A stretch of DNA of 51,074 bases, counting the filler, from Circinaria calcarea (lineage: Eukaryota), in the NCBI GenBank assembly GCA_051942165.1. It is 3 parts of 3 records of this genome, joined end to end, with 100 filler letters (N's around TTAATTAATTAA, not from the genome) between each part and the next. Parts side by side here need not be neighbours in the genome. Positions count along the whole stretch, not along the records: positions 1 to 16,989 come from JAVECS010000294.1; 2 more parts are not named here. One strand, 5' to 3'. Within the stretch, counting starts at the first letter, position 1. Each line of letters starts with the position of its first letter. The notes under the pieces were generated by a model that ran no database searches, was not told the DNA's origin, and saw nothing but the letters and a program-made list of their open reading frames with translations. The translations under genes and the position numbers were made by a program. This document shows, one piece after another, positions 1 through 14,200 of the stretch.

Positions 1-1991
1 CTCTCCCAACCCTCCTCCAGATGGCGATAAAAGCTGCACCTGCACAGATGACCGCCCCCAATGCAATGTACAGATTCGTCCTGTCTACACCTTCTTCCTC
101 GCTTTTCGGAAATGCGGTGCTAGGCCACATGGCCGCTTCAGCAATCTGTACAAACAGTTCTGAAATGCTACCCCAGGTGACGCTGACATGTAGTGGCTTA
201 TTCATGCCTAGCGTCGTTGTATAGTCATCGGGCTGTACCTCTGACCGCTGTGTCGTCTTGTCCTTGTCTGCTTTCAGTGCCACATATAGAGCTGGGAGGT
301 CGTCAAGATGCGGATATTTGCTGTGGAGTTCCGTAATGTGCGAGAACGAGTCTGGATCGCTAGAATCGTAGGTAAAGATTAGGATGTCGCATGCATCAAG
401 CTTGGATTTGTTCTCCAGAATTGCGGGCTCGAGTTCACCTAGCTCTTCAAGGATTAGATAGCATTGCTTACCACCTGGGAGTTCGACGCTATTGACAGCT
501 GTACGGGGTTTGATGGTGGGGTGGTAGGTTGTTGAGAAGGGTCTTGCAAGGAAGGCATCCAGAAGCGAGGATTTGCCACTGCCAGGCGCCCCAAGAATAT
601 AAGCTAGAGCGACATTCCGCTCGACTCTTCCAGGGCGCTTCCGTCTCTTACGGGCCTTGGTGAGTTTTAGCGCGGAGGTCGTTGTGGAGCGTGGATCTGG
701 AGACTCAAATCCAAGATAAGCCAGGTACGAGAGTGTGGTTTTCGGATCAGTGAAAGTTGTCATGGACCATTGAGCAAGCCAACCCTGTAAAGTGATGTGA
801 CCGGCTTCGTTGCGGACAGTCGAGGACGGAAAGGACGAGTCAACCCACGAGGGAGGGAGGCCGGGAGTAGGGGCAAACAGAGCAGAGAGCTCAGATTCAT
901 TGAGTCCACCGTCATTGTCTTTATCGAAGAGGAGAAACAGATCGACGAAAAAGCGATATCCTGCCGGCGAGAGCTCCGCAGATGAATACTGGGGGACGTC
1001 ATACTTCGGGTGTAGGAAGCTGTCTTTGAGACTGAGACTGTCAGTATAATGGAATGTCCGGAGTATGATCCAAACTGTCTCGTGGCGACCTTTTTCTGCA
1101 AATAGCTTGTTTAAAAGAAGGAAACCTCGTTCGTCTATGCCCTTTTCTGTCACAGATTCTGGTAAGGACTTTTTGATGGTTTGCTTAATATTGTCAAGAT
1201 CATCGTCACCCAAGGGTTTGCCGAAGCATTTCGTTTGGAAGCTATTAATTTCCTTGTCACTTAGATACCCATTCTGATCTCCATCACACAAATAGAAAAC
1301 TCGTTGCAGCGCAGAAACAGCCGCGGGCTTCAGTGTTGACTCTTTAGAATCGAATAGAGGAGCTATAGGATGCGTGACTGCTTTCTGGCATAAGAAAAAG
1401 GCCTCGTTGATATTACGATGCTCCCTTGCACTTGTTCGAATGCACGAATCCACTTCCTTGAATTCTACCATGAGCGGTAGCATCTCATCCTCCACTACCT
1501 GGGGTGTACTTGTGCCGGCAGAAAGATCGGACTTATTCGCGCACAACACCACGGGCACATTCACACCCAATGAGCGGAAGTGTGGCATCCAGAAAAGCCC
1601 GACTCGCTCATAGCTGTAATGGTCCGAGTAAACTAAGAGGATGACGTTGGACTTCCTAATCTCTTTGTTCATGTTCGTACGTTCTTGTGGCAGCGCCGAG
1701 GTGTCTACAATGATCGTAGTGACATTTTCGGGAGTGCCGATAGTTGGAGGTATAGTAATTTGAGGGAGAACCGACTGGATCTTGGTGGTAACAAAAACAT
1801 CCTTTACTAGAGACCTGTACAAGAAAGTTAAAGGGAACACAGCCAGCGTACGCAAGGTTGAGACAGGAAATGAAAACCTACGTAATTATGCTACTCTTCC
1901 CAACGTTTTCATCCCCACATACGCATATCCGAACTACAAGGTACATAAGTATAGAGAATGTGATTGGAGTATTCATCACACCTGTAGCCAT
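1..1991 (-). CDS. GEM1: Mitochondrial Rho GTPase (Miro/Gem1), 3' end at window edge
   Basis: Manual splicing: exon1 1991-1982 (MAT), intron 1981-1934, exon2 1933-1882 ([19 protein letters not shown]-loop), intron 1881-1815, then [26 protein letters not shown].... Second GTPase P-loop GAPGSGKSS and C-terminal tail anchor [25 protein letters not shown]. Absent from the ORF track because the frame runs off the window. Confidence 0.93.
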
Positions 1992-2789
1992 GATGCTAGA
2001 TTATGCCTGTTGTACCCCAGACATCTGGATATCTAAGGTAAAAGAAACAGAAGTCTTGCTAGAGTGCCTAGAATGGGTGTGATTTTTTTCGACGCGGACG
2101 GAATTTCAATCCTTCATCTTTTTGAAATTTTCAAGTAAACCGAGGGTATGTTATTTTATATGTTAAGGATGATTTCCCGAACGAACGTGGACCCAGCCCT
2201 ATCTCTTAGTTAGCCCCTACTCCCCTACGGGCTACTGTCACAGTAGTGACAGCATTCTACAGGGGAGCCTCGTGGCCAACGTGCAATGACCCTTAAGAAT
2301 CGACCTTATTTCCCTTCCCAGACTGCATCCCGCATCCTGCGAAATGGTGACTCGAGCATTTCCCCCAACCGCAACCTGCTTACAGAGTAGCAGTTGCATC
2401 TGTTCACCACGTGAAGCTGGGGTTTCCTGTGGAAAAGCGCCTTATGGCAACGGCGACCGAACGACGCAGAGGTACATGGGCTTGACCATGGGTATTACCA
2501 AGTACCATACGCCACACGCTAGACTTCGGAGGGATTCGCGGGATCTCCAACGTTGTTCTACTCGTATCTACGGAAAAGTCGTGCAAGATCAAGCTGTCAA
2601 GTGTGCTTATTCGAGTCGGAATCGCAAAAACAAATGAGAGATAGTCCAAGTATCATTACAACCTTGCGAACCACAACGGATTCTGGAACTGGCCATCAAC
2701 GGGCCTTGAATACTAGTTAGTCGAATGTTATCAGGTGCTTGCGCGCAGCCCGATCTTCAGCTCGTCTGTATTGTTACACGAGCGCCGAC

Positions 2790-5039
2790 ATGTTCGTACT
2801 TCCTCCGCCGCCGCGATACCCAGCTCAGAGTACACATACTGGCCCCGTCGTCAACGGTATACCGGTGCCCATCCTCGAAACACACAATACTGTAAAGCAC
2901 CCATCCGGTCCGGAGCATCAGCTTGTTGTTGGGGAAGGTAATGCGCCCCAATATTTTACAGATCTCGGCTTAATCTAACAACGCTTGGCAGGTATTTATG
3001 TGCTTCGAGATGAACTACAGCTCGCGATACCGCCTCCTCATCCATCAGAAACCCCGGTTCAAAATCCAAATCCTTTAGCAACCACACCCGTTCCTCCGAC
3101 CGTTGGAATCAGGCTGTCTCTCGCAACAGTTACTCCTCGCAAATTCGCACCTCAATTGTATAAACTCAATGCTACCAATAGCGAGAGATCGAATTTGGCG
3201 AATAACAGCATCAGAGAGAGTGAGAAGGAATCGAGGACATCGAACGAGACAGCAAGCGATGATGTTAGCTCCCAGCCCTACGTAAATGGCGCTTCGGGAA
3301 AGGCACCAGCATTTGGTGCTGGTAATGTATTACTGATGGCGACTGCCGGTGGTGGAAAAGACGGCTTGAAACGGAAGAAACCCAAGAATAACATCGTGAA
3401 GAGTAACTCATCCTATATTTCTCGAGTAATCCTCCACGAGGCTATGAGCAGGCGCCTGCAAGAGCGCGGTCCAGAGGGTCTGTTCGCATTTGCGAACATC
3501 AACAGGGCATTTCAATGGCTAGATCTGACTTCTAATAACACCTTCAAGGTAGCTCCATACATGTGACCATTCGCGGCAAGGACAACTCTGATCCTCCCTG
3601 GCAGGCTGAACATCTTACCAAGATTTTATTCACGAAGGCCCATATGCTCTGTCATGACGTGAACATGTTTACGAAGAGTCCAAGTCATTTAGATGTTATA
3701 ATAGGTTCTTCTTCCGCGGATATCTTATGGTATGAGCCTCTTTCTCAGAAATATGCTAGAATCAACAAGAATGTACGTGCAATCACCACAACTGTGAATA
3801 TACTTATAATTGATATGCCCAGGGGATCATCAACTCGTCCCCCGTATCCGAGATTCGTTGGATACCCGGGTCTGAAAACCTCTTTTTGGCTTCCCACATG
3901 GATGGAACGCTGATTGTATACGACAAGGAACGAGACGATGCAGCGTTCGTTCCCGAAGGTAGCGGTGCTTCCTCTGACGAGCGGACAGGAGCTCTTCCTG
4001 AACAAGAAAGTATACAAATCAACAAATCCGTGAACTCGAAGAACCAGAAGGTCAATCCAGTCGCTTCTTGGAAGATTTCTAATCAACGAATCAACTCCTT
4101 TGCATTTTCCCCAGACTGCAGACATCTCGCTGTGGTGTCGGAGGATGGCTCTTTGAGGATTATTGACTATTTGAAGGAAACGTGAGCATACACCAATTTG
4201 AACGATGAGCAAATCCTCAAAGCTGACCAAACTTGATAGACTGACAGACTTGTACACAAGTTATTATGGGGGATTCATGTGTGTATGCTGGTCGCCAGAT
4301 GGTCAATACGTCTTGACGGGTGGTCAAGATGACCTTGTGTCGATTTGGTCCTTGGCGGAACGCCGAATCGTTGCTCGGTGTCCAGGTCACCATTCGTGGG
4401 TCACAGCGGTAGCTTTTGACCCTTGGAGATGCGATGATCGTAATTATCGATTTGGAAGCGTCGGCGAGGACTGTAGGCTGCTCCTGTGGGACTTCAACGT
4501 CGGCATGCTGCACCGACCAAAAGCTGTAAGTCCCACATAACACCTAGGGGTCGGTCCTTGAGCGGTACTGAAGAGCACAGGCATCGGTGCGGCAGAGTGG
4601 GGGTGTCTCATCGTCTTTGCCATTTGCTCGCCAGCGCACAGAGAGCCAGGCGACGACCCGACTTCGCTCCAATTCGAGCCTGACCACAAATAGTGCGGAC
4701 GGAGAAGACTCGATAGAACACTCTGTTGAATCAAGAACTCGGACGGCCGAGTTGCCACCGGTCATGGTGAGTTCATTCCTAGACATGTTTATTCGCACTC
4801 AAACTGACGGAGAATATGGCCAGTCCAAGAAGGTTGACGAGGACCCATTGTGTTGGATAGCGTTTGAGGAGGATTGCATTATTACCTCCTGTTCGATAGG
4901 TAAGTGAATGATTAGACGCGAGTCCTGGTGGTGACTAATCAGTCACCAACGGGCAGGCCACATCAAGACATGGGATCGGCCCAAAGAAGGGGTTAATAAC
5001 AGCCAAACGACGTTGTCCGGAATTGGAGGGACTTTATAA
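2790..5039 (+). CDS. creC: Catabolite repression WD40 protein CreC (WDR20/DMWD-like deubiquitinase cofactor), multi-exon
   Basis: Starts [11 protein letters not shown]. Contains [34 protein letters not shown] and WD repeats ([74 protein letters not shown]). Last exon GHIKTWDRP...GTL*. Confidence 0.9.
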
Positions 5040-6038
5040 AGGGTCTTGTTGATCCTTATCCAAGTCAAGGAAGCCAGCGAAGTTTACAATACTTTCCCGA
5101 GGGCCTCACTGTAGACTTGATTCGATAGCTGCGTGTAAAGGGCATACCCCTGAATCCAACACTCGAAATGAAGATTGCGCTTTGGCTAGATCGAAGTTCA
5201 TTCAACTCGACGCAGGTGATCGGAAGGCGAAACGGAAGGAAGCCTGCCTGATAAGAATTGTTTCGTCATCAGTCCCGCCCCGTTTACAGGAGGTATCAGC
5301 TCTGTGCTCACATGTCAAAAGGCAATGTGATTGGTTGAGGCCGAAGAGACGGCGGAGAGAATCGAGTGGCTGTCCTTGTGTGGCTCCACCCTCGGCCTTA
5401 CGCCGGCTGTTCAGAATTAGAGTACAATAGGTTTAGAAAGTTTCATTACAAGTCGACGGACATGCATCAAGATGCTTCCATGACCAATGACTCGAATGTG
5501 AATGTAGTGTGTGGCGACGAAGCGCGCTACATAGAAGCGCGCCGGCCTGAGAACAAGGAATCGAACGAATTTGGTTGATAAAGGCAGGCAGGCGCACTTG
5601 AGGTCACAGAAATGGCCAGTGTAACACCACGAAGCATCTCCTTCCCAGCCGACCAGCTCTCCACCCCACGCGGCGTGTGGCCAGCACTGTGGATAGGTAC
5701 CTCCGAATACCGTTTTTTGGTTCCCATACTCTTCCCTACATTAAGGTAGTTGGGGTGCGTCTCTTCCCTGCGGATTTCCATCACTGCTGCATAGACAGGG
5801 ATCCATTGGCGGGACAAAGAACGGACAAGTCCGTCAGCCATAGGGCAGAAGTTCGCGCTTAAACCGATAGGAATCATGGCGACGCAAAATCAAGGGCGAC
5901 ATTTGAAGCTGCCCAGGTACGGGGTAGAGTACCTTACTCTTCCAATTCTTCTCCCCTTCACCTTGCCTGGTCCATCTGTTCTATCCTTCTTCCAGCCTCG
6001 ACGTTTACGAGCCTCGTCTTGCGCCTTACTGACCTTGC

Positions 6039-8143
6039 ATGGCTCTCAGCTTCCTAACCGGCAGCGGCAACGCAAGTTGCGCAAAGCACTTCAAGATAAG
6101 GTACCTATATTCACCACCCAATTTCAACGGTAGTCTGAATCCGTCCGGAATGTTAGGCTGACTTCTGCAATCTCAAGACTCGATCAGAGTGTTTTGACCC
6201 TTCAAGGAAGTAGCGCCGAAGCTTCCAGCGTTCGTCTCACGGGCAAAGTCGTCCTATGCCTCTCGGAACCAATGCGAGTCCAGAAGATAAATCTGCGCTT
6301 CGTAGGCGAATCGATGGTCGAGTGAGTTGGAGATCCCGGATGCCATCGCGTGGTATAGCTGACTCGTCTGCAAGTTATCCCTCAAGTGCCCGTCCGAGCT
6401 CGCTTTATGTGCCCTATCGCACAAGGTTCTTGGAGAAGGAGTGGTCCTTTGTCTCCAGCCCTCAAACCCTACCGGCTGATAATTATGAATGGCCGTTTGA
6501 GTATATAATATCAGGGGATATGCCTGAGAGCGTGGAGGGATTTACACATACCTGGATCATATACCGACTGAAAGCGTCAATTGAACGAAGCCTACTGTTG
6601 AAGGCTATAACCGATCGGGCCCCTGTTCGAATCATTAGAACATTCGACCCAGGCGCCCTTGAGCTCGCCCATGCTATGGTTGGTTTTACCTTCAGAGAAA
6701 GCTTAGTAACCCCAACTAACGTTGCATAGTCAGTGGAGAATGTCTGGCCCGATAAGATCAACTACTCTTTGAGTACGCCAAGTAAAGCACATGTATTCGG
6801 TAAAGACTCCTCAGCAGCTCCGGGTAGGGATATGCTTGACTAATATCTGCTAATTAAAATAAAGGAACCAATGTTCCGGTTAATTTCTCCCTGGTCCCAC
6901 TTTTGAAGGGCTTGGCAATCGGGAAAATTGTGTCAGAGCTTGTTGAGTCAATGGTTGTTGTCAATCACCAGCATCGGGAGTATCATTCTGAACGCGTGGT
7001 TGGCGAAGACGCATGGCAGCTACCCGAAGGCGCCGAGACGGAAGATGTAAATGGTCAGGAAGGGTATACATTTACGAGGTTGATATCGATTCCCAAGAGC
7101 CTCAAGCAGTGTCTCCAATCTGTGGAAGAAAGGGGTATTAAGGTACGGCACAAGTTGAAATTCGTGATCCAACTTCTGAATCCAGATGGACATACTTCTG
7201 AAGTAAGCCATCCAGCGGATCTTGCATTTCTATCTTAACTTTGCGCTTGCAGCTTCGAGCAACGCTTCCGATTTCCATCTTCATTTCACCGAATCTTCCC
7301 CTGAACGAAAATAACGAGCTAATGAACCAGTTACCCCAAGGAGCCCATGGCAGTGGGGAACTCGCCCATTACGCTCCTCCAGTATATGGAGAACACGTGC
7401 TTGATCAATTGTATAGCGGTGTTGAAACAAGTGGATACGAGACACCGGCACAGCGTGAAGGCAGTGCTACCCCTTTTACTTCACGAAGTCGCACTGGATC
7501 CATGGAGAACCTCGTCCCGATGAACGGTCTGACTTCTGGCAACTTATCTGCAAGTATGCTTGAGAGTCGTCTGTCAAGTATGCAGAATCTCAGTTCGAAC
7601 CGGTTGGCCCGCGACCGTGTGCACGACTCAGGTGAGAGCACATCAGGTTATGGATCTCATGAAAACGCACCAGGGGCTGAGTTCCTCCATCATAGAGATA
7701 TGCTGGCGAGAAATGAAAACTTCATGACTTCAGGAGGAACAAGGAGTCGACAAAGCCCTAGCAATCCATTATCGAGACGAGTATCCGAAGAACAATATGT
7801 ATCGCCGGGGACGCATTCGCCACAGCATGTTGAATTGAGCAGTGAGGAGTTATCCAAAGTACCTAGCTATGGAACTGCATTGCAGACACCCTTACGTACA
7901 TCGAACACTCAGAACCTGCCCACTTATGAGACCGCGACCAGTCGGCCCCCTTCGCCCAACCCACCTATACCGCCAATGCCCCAAACGCCCCGCCAAGCCC
8001 ATACCGCCAGTCCGGCCTCACTAGGTAATAACAGTGATTCAGCTATACTCCCCAACGGAACTGCTCGGATTCGCGAGGGCGGCGGAGGATCGCACGACGA
8101 ATTGCCTCGACTTCGTCCTTTACAGCCAAGAGGACGGCACTAA
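6039..8143 (+). CDS. creD: Alpha-arrestin, HECT (Rsp5/HulA) ligase adaptor CreD/Rod1-like, multi-exon
   Basis: N-terminus MALSFLTGSGNASCAKHFKIR. Arrestin motifs YEWPFEYIISGDMPESVEG, SVENVWPDKINYS, IKVRHKLKFVIQLLNPDGHTSELRATLP. PY-type motifs PPVY, VPSY, LPTY in the tail. Confidence 0.88.
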
Positions 8144-8777
8144 AGATGTGATTTAACGGGGTATGCGTAACAAACTTACTTGGCGTTACGGGAGGAAAAG
8201 TCATTGGCTTGACGGTTGGAAGATATCCCTGGATGTTCGGAGTCTGCATAAAGGCGGTGTTTGTTGGCTTTTTGATTCTCCCATCAGGGTTATCTCAGCA
8301 GCGATTGAACACTTCTAGACCAATTCGGTGTATGCAGCACTGAGGTTGTTATCTCTCTCAATACTTGATAATACCGTATGCTACTGCTTGGGACATGATG
8401 TTAGCGGCATCCATGTATACCTGAAATCGATAATTTCAAAATGTGAAATCGCTATAATAATATCGAGGGTCTAGGCTCGCAGATCGGGTTGTAGTTTGAT
8501 CTAGCGTGCCCCAAAATCTAGACACCTTAGTGCGCCACGAGGTCAAGGGGCCTGGGCTAAGGTATCTATACCATATCATACTACGTACTTGCCGGCATGG
8601 CTTGATAGTGCTTCGTAGTGGTTGGTGGTAGCCTTAACCCTTCATATTCTCAGTACTCCCACTTTCTGCAACTGAATCATCTTCAGAACAAAGACTTCGG
8701 ATAGCCGCCTCCAGAGCGAAAAGACATCTCTGTTGCCTGGCAATTGCCCTCGACCTCAACTTTCTCAGTAACACGCC

Positions 8778-10469
8778 ATGGCTTCTTACCCGCCTGAAAA
8801 GGCTGGCCAGCCAGGCTCGGGTACTCTACCATATCGGACGACTGGAGGTTCAGTGTCAGACGACGAGGCGGTTTCCGACGCAAACCCCGGTGATGTGAGG
8901 CTTGGTTGGAAAACCCACCAATTAGATCCTCCCGCTAATCGAGTATAGACCGCCGGTGTACTCATTGAGCGATTGCAAGCCTGGAAGCATGCTGTCGGGT
9001 ATCTCGAGAACTACATATCTGCGACGGAGAAGGTGCACAAGGCGCATGCGAAAGAATACGAGCATGTCCTCAAGGTGCGTCGGTTCACGGCATTGTCATG
9101 CACTCTGGGGGCTTATTCGTTGTGCTCTAGACTGTATCGCATCCGCTCAAGGAAGGTCATCACTTTGAGCAGTCTTTGGGAGGGGTAGCTGGTTTATTCG
9201 AAAACATAAGGGCAAACACGCAGGTAAAGGCCTCGCTGCGTGGCTATCTAGCCCTCCTCGTTGACTTAAAAGCAGGGTATTGCCAATTCTCATCTCGAGA
9301 CCGAAAAGAACCTCAAAGGGAGTGTACTCCCCATATTGGGACGTCTGCATTCGGAGATTAAAAGCAAGTCGAAGGAGCTTAACAGCGGTGCTGGAAAAGG
9401 GTCCAAGGCCGTTGCGAGTGCACGGAATACAACACAGAAGCACATTGAGCTTCTTGGTCAGCACACGGGAACTTTCGATGCGACTGGTGGGCGAGTAGAG
9501 CCTCACAATGATCCGTATGTCATCCAACGGGGCATACAACACCGACTTCATAAGCAGATACTTGAAGAAAACAACAACCGTCAAGACTTGATAGCAGTGC
9601 AGGAAAACTTTCGAACATTCGAAGCACATGTGATTCAAACAATCCAGCAAGCCATGTCGGTCTTTCTCCAGATAGTTGGAGGCCAAGCGGACCGTCAGAA
9701 GAGTATTTATTCCGACATGATTGGTACAGCACAGCGCATTCCCCTTGACTTCGAGTGGACGCACTTCGTCCATCGAAACGGAAACCTCATGCTCGATCCC
9801 AATCTCCCACACCGAACATTGTCGAACATTACATATCCTAACCAGGGTCACCCCTCCACCCAACCCCTCATATCAGGCACTTTAGAACGGAAATCTCGCG
9901 GAATTGGAGCCTTGACTGGTTATAAGACCGGTTACTACGCCGTGACTCCTGCCGGGTATCTTCACCAGTTCGATGACGACGACAATTTCCGCAAAGAACC
10001 TACCCCGGAATTATCACTCTATCTTCCCGATTGCACCATTGGCGCTGTTTCTGGCGAGATGTTCAACATCAAAGGCAAAGACGTCTCCAAAGGCAAAGTG
10101 ACCGGGGCCTTATCGATGAGTCACGAATTCGCTTTCAAGGCACATACCCCCGCGGATGCTGAGAAGTGGTGGGGTGTGATTAAAGAGGCTTCGGGTACCG
10201 GTGGTGTTGGAGGAATTATAAGCAGCCCCATTGAAACGAGAAATGTCAGCGGCCAGTCCGTACCACCGGCATACGAAGAGAAGAGTGCTCCACCACTACA
10301 AACCCAAGGGTTACCCCAAGGGCAGGGGCAGCCGAGCGCTGGGCCTCAAAGCGGAGGAACGCATAGTGCAGGTCCCCATAGTGCAATATCGCCAACAGGT
10401 GGGCATGAAGTTTTACATGGTGCTGGACAGCAAAATCCTGGTACTGGAGGGTACTCGAAGGATGTATAG
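8778..10469 (+). CDS. Slm1/Slm2-like BAR-PH domain protein, multi-exon
   Basis: Spliced N-terminus MASYPPEK...LIERLQAWKHAVGYLENY, helical BAR-like region, and PH domain (GTLERKSR...YYAVTPAGYLHQF...PELSLYLPDC...FAFKAHTPADAEKWW). Confidence 0.8.
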
Positions 10470-11214
10470 CTGGGCTGAAGGCCCCTTGCGTTTTGATTAT
10501 GTTGAGCTATCTCGCAAGCTGAGATATTTAATCAGAAGCGGTTGCCTCTTGTCCCCCTTTCATGAGCGTTTAGCCAACTTGGCAAAGCGTTGCACGGCTT
10601 GTGAGTTTAGATGATTTGATGTATGTAAATGTTCCCCCAGCGTTAGTTGGTATATCTATAACAGTACCTTTGAGGAGACATCGCTCGGTCGCATCATTCC
10701 CCTTCCAAACAGAGTCAGTGGTGTGCCCATAGAGTTTGTCTGCCTTGACATTCAGCCTTTAGACAGTGAAGCCACCCAATGCCACCCAATGGTACATCCT
10801 GAGCCCTGACAGAAGGCGGAGCCAATCGGCATAAACTCTGTCCCGTTCCGCTGTCTGTGCTCCATAGCCTGGTGACGTACAGGGGTATTCCGTAGAATCC
10901 CTCCGTAGGCGAAAGCACAAGGGTAAACCGATAGCTCGAAACCCTCCACTGCCGTTCATGACACTGTGACGCCTCCTGATGAACAACGGTTATGCTCGCA
11001 ATATCATTTATCACATCTTTAGCTCCCTCAATGTGTCCGGCGCTGTACATCCAGCAAGCATTTGAGAGATTGCCTGTGCTCAGAAGCAGATAGCCATCGT
11101 TCTTGCCTGGGGGCCTTTTCTTCCCCCTTCAACTTTCCATGCAGGTGTGTAGTGTCCCTGTATTCACAGAAAGCAGCAATGGTCATGTACTGCGACGCTC
11201 TTGTACGGACAATC

Positions 11215-14200
11215 ATGAGAGTATGCGCGTGGTATACCAGCTTCCCCGCCCTCTTAAGCGCCCCTAAACAGGAGGCCGTATGCGTGAAATAGATGAGTGG
11301 TTTGGCACAAGGATAGCCGTATACTGATCCTATATTCTCATTAGACTACCTCAAGGACCCACCAATACGCCGGTGATACGTACCCGGTGAAACGGGGACA
11401 TGCACCCCAGATATCAATTAGCGATGATAATCATCACGTAACTGAGGCGATTGGAGACATGTATGGGGACCATCATTATGGTGACTCGGGTGCAAGGCCC
11501 CTTAGCTTCCTGCCATCACCGCGCAGCAATGGGTTCGAGCACACAGGGCAAACGCAGCAGAATTCCTACAGTGAGCCTCCGCAAGCTTTTGTAGCTCGAG
11601 CTCCGCTTAGCCGGACAATTTCCAATGAAAGAACATCTCCTGTCGCCATGGGTCAAGATTATTTAAGGCGCATGCGAAGTAATTCGATTGGACGTGACAC
11701 TGGTGCTTTATCTCCTCCGCTACCGATGGGAGCTCACTCACCATCTGACACCGCCAACTCTTCCTTTCCACTTAATGACATCGACTACGAGTCCAACCCC
11801 GCAGCAGTGACCCAGGAATTAAGCAACATACAAACACTACGTCGAATGTCTATGGATGTAAACAGAGATACCGTGGATTTCCCGACGTTCAGCTCGAATC
11901 TCAGTATGCCTAATGTTGCTCCAAGTGGCAACGCAGATGAGGATGATCCTGCGAGATTGTACTGGGTACCTGCAAGTGTACACCCTGAACTGGCCCCGAA
12001 GCAGTTCCAGTCATTCCTAAACAGCAGAGTGAACGCGATAAGGCGAAGATCCGGAGACAGTACACTTTCAGTAAACGATCCGGCGCGTCAAGGCTCTAGT
12101 GGTGGACTACGTAGGAAAAAATCCATGTTATCCAGGCAGATTGATAATTCTGAAGGTAAAGGTGCAGACGGTTATCTGGACGGAGCAGAGCGACTGGATC
12201 GAAAGAGATCGCTTTCTGGACAAGAGGTGCCAAATACAGGAATTCCAAACCTACAGGAATTGGAAGTTCTTGTAAATGACCCCGCAAAGGTGATCCAACG
12301 ACTCAGTCTGGACGCGGAGCAGAATGCTCCAGGGGGAGAAGTGCCTGCCACCGAAGACATGCCAATTCTCCCTGCAGCTCCGCCCAGTAACTCTCTTCGA
12401 AGGTCTACTCGAACTACGTATCGACGAGGCAGTCTTCGTAAAGGCGAGCGAGCACCATTTCCTAAACGCGTAACAAAGGCATCAGACGCGGATTCTGACG
12501 ACGTACCCCCGTCACCTACTGTTTCTATCGGTGAAAACCTTGATCTCACGAAAGCTCATACGGAGCTGACACCACTAATGGAAAAGCCACCAGAAAATTT
12601 TTCTCGTCCTGCACGACTCAACAGAGGACGTATAACCCCTTCTGGCTCATCTACTTCTCTACCTGATTCCACAAGTGCTCCTCAGACATCTCTACAGGCG
12701 ACTGACCGCACAAACCCACCTGTCAACCCATTACCAAGGCATTTCGTGTCACAAATCGCGTCAAACGGGCGCTCCACACTGCAACCGCCTGTACTCAGCA
12801 AAACTATCCCTCAGATTGTTGAGACCCCTCCACCCGTCGAGGGAACGCGCCCAACCCCTCCGCCGTTACTCCACAAAGCTCAATTGCCAGATCGAAAGTC
12901 ATCACATGAGACTCCGCTATCCATGCCTGCGCAATATAGTGGCTCGTCTGCCCTCCGAGGAGCGAAGCGACCCGGACTGTCCCGCCAGAATCAAAGCGAA
13001 AAAGGGAACCAAACACTCCGTGAAATGGCTGCGCATCCATCACCTTTGCCTGGAAACAGCACACGAACGGACAGCTTGTCTTTCATACCAACCTTGACCG
13101 AAGACAAAAAGATCGAAGTCAAGAAGGGGAGCTCCAAGAAGGATGCTAATGACGGTACACGAAAGTCGAGCTGGAGCTGGGGCGCGTTTCTTGGCAACGA
13201 GGAGAAAGAAAAGGAGAAGAGGAAGGAAGAAGAAGCCAGGGAAGCAGCCAAGAAAGCAAAGTCCAAGCTTGCAAAGCCAGTGGATAAGTCTCATGACAAC
13301 ACTAGGTTAGATGTTCTCCAGACTACAATGGAAGGTGGACGTGGGCGTGAGAGTGTTGTGATTGATCGCTCTGATCTCAAACTCGAGGAAGAACGCAAGA
13401 AGGAGAGTAGCCGCAAGTCTTCGGGTGGAGACTCCAAGAAAGACAAGGAGACGAGTCTGTTCTCCTCTATTTTTGGGGGTGCCAAAAAGAAGGGCGATCG
13501 TGAATCACTCGGAAAGAAGATTTCATCACGTGGCTTATCCCCTGAACCTCCTCGGCGTCAGCTCAAGCCCGACATTGATTACAATTGGACGCGTTTCTCG
13601 ATCCTTGAGGAACGGGCGATCTATCGCATGGCCCATCTCAAGCTTGCAAATCCCAAGCGGGCTCTATACTCTCAAGTACTACTCAGCAACTTCATGTATT
13701 CTTATCTAGCAAAAGTACAGCAGATGCATCCCATGTCCCAGTTACCCCAATCTGCGGCACAAAAGGTACAACAGCGCCAACAGCAGCAGCAGGCGCAACA
13801 GCAGCAGATGCAACAGCAGCAAGCACAGAGGAAGGTTGATCAGCCGGAAGAGTATTATCAGTATCAGAAGTATCAAGAGGTAAGCATTTGGTTCCAACAG
13901 GGATGGTCTCCTGTTGACGTAGATTAGCAGCAACAGTTGCAACAGCAACAACAGGAACAGGTTCAAGCCCAAGTCTCTTCTCATGGAAATCCGCACCAAC
14001 ATCAGAGTACCAGTTACGTTGACGACGCTGAAACATACAATCACGATCATGGCGAGCATGATAATAGGCACCGACCGCAGTCTCGAACCAGCCAGCACAG
14101 CAACCATAGCTTGCCGAACGGTCATGCCCATCATGCGCATGCCAGTGGTAGCCAACCCCACCGCGGGCAAAACGGAAGCCCGAGCTCTCAGCCCTCGGTT

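Noticed and set aside
2235..2252. CTGTCAC-AGTA-GTGACAG hairpin in the GEM1/creC divergent promoter
   Set aside because: A 7-bp stem is expected by chance in 51 kb.
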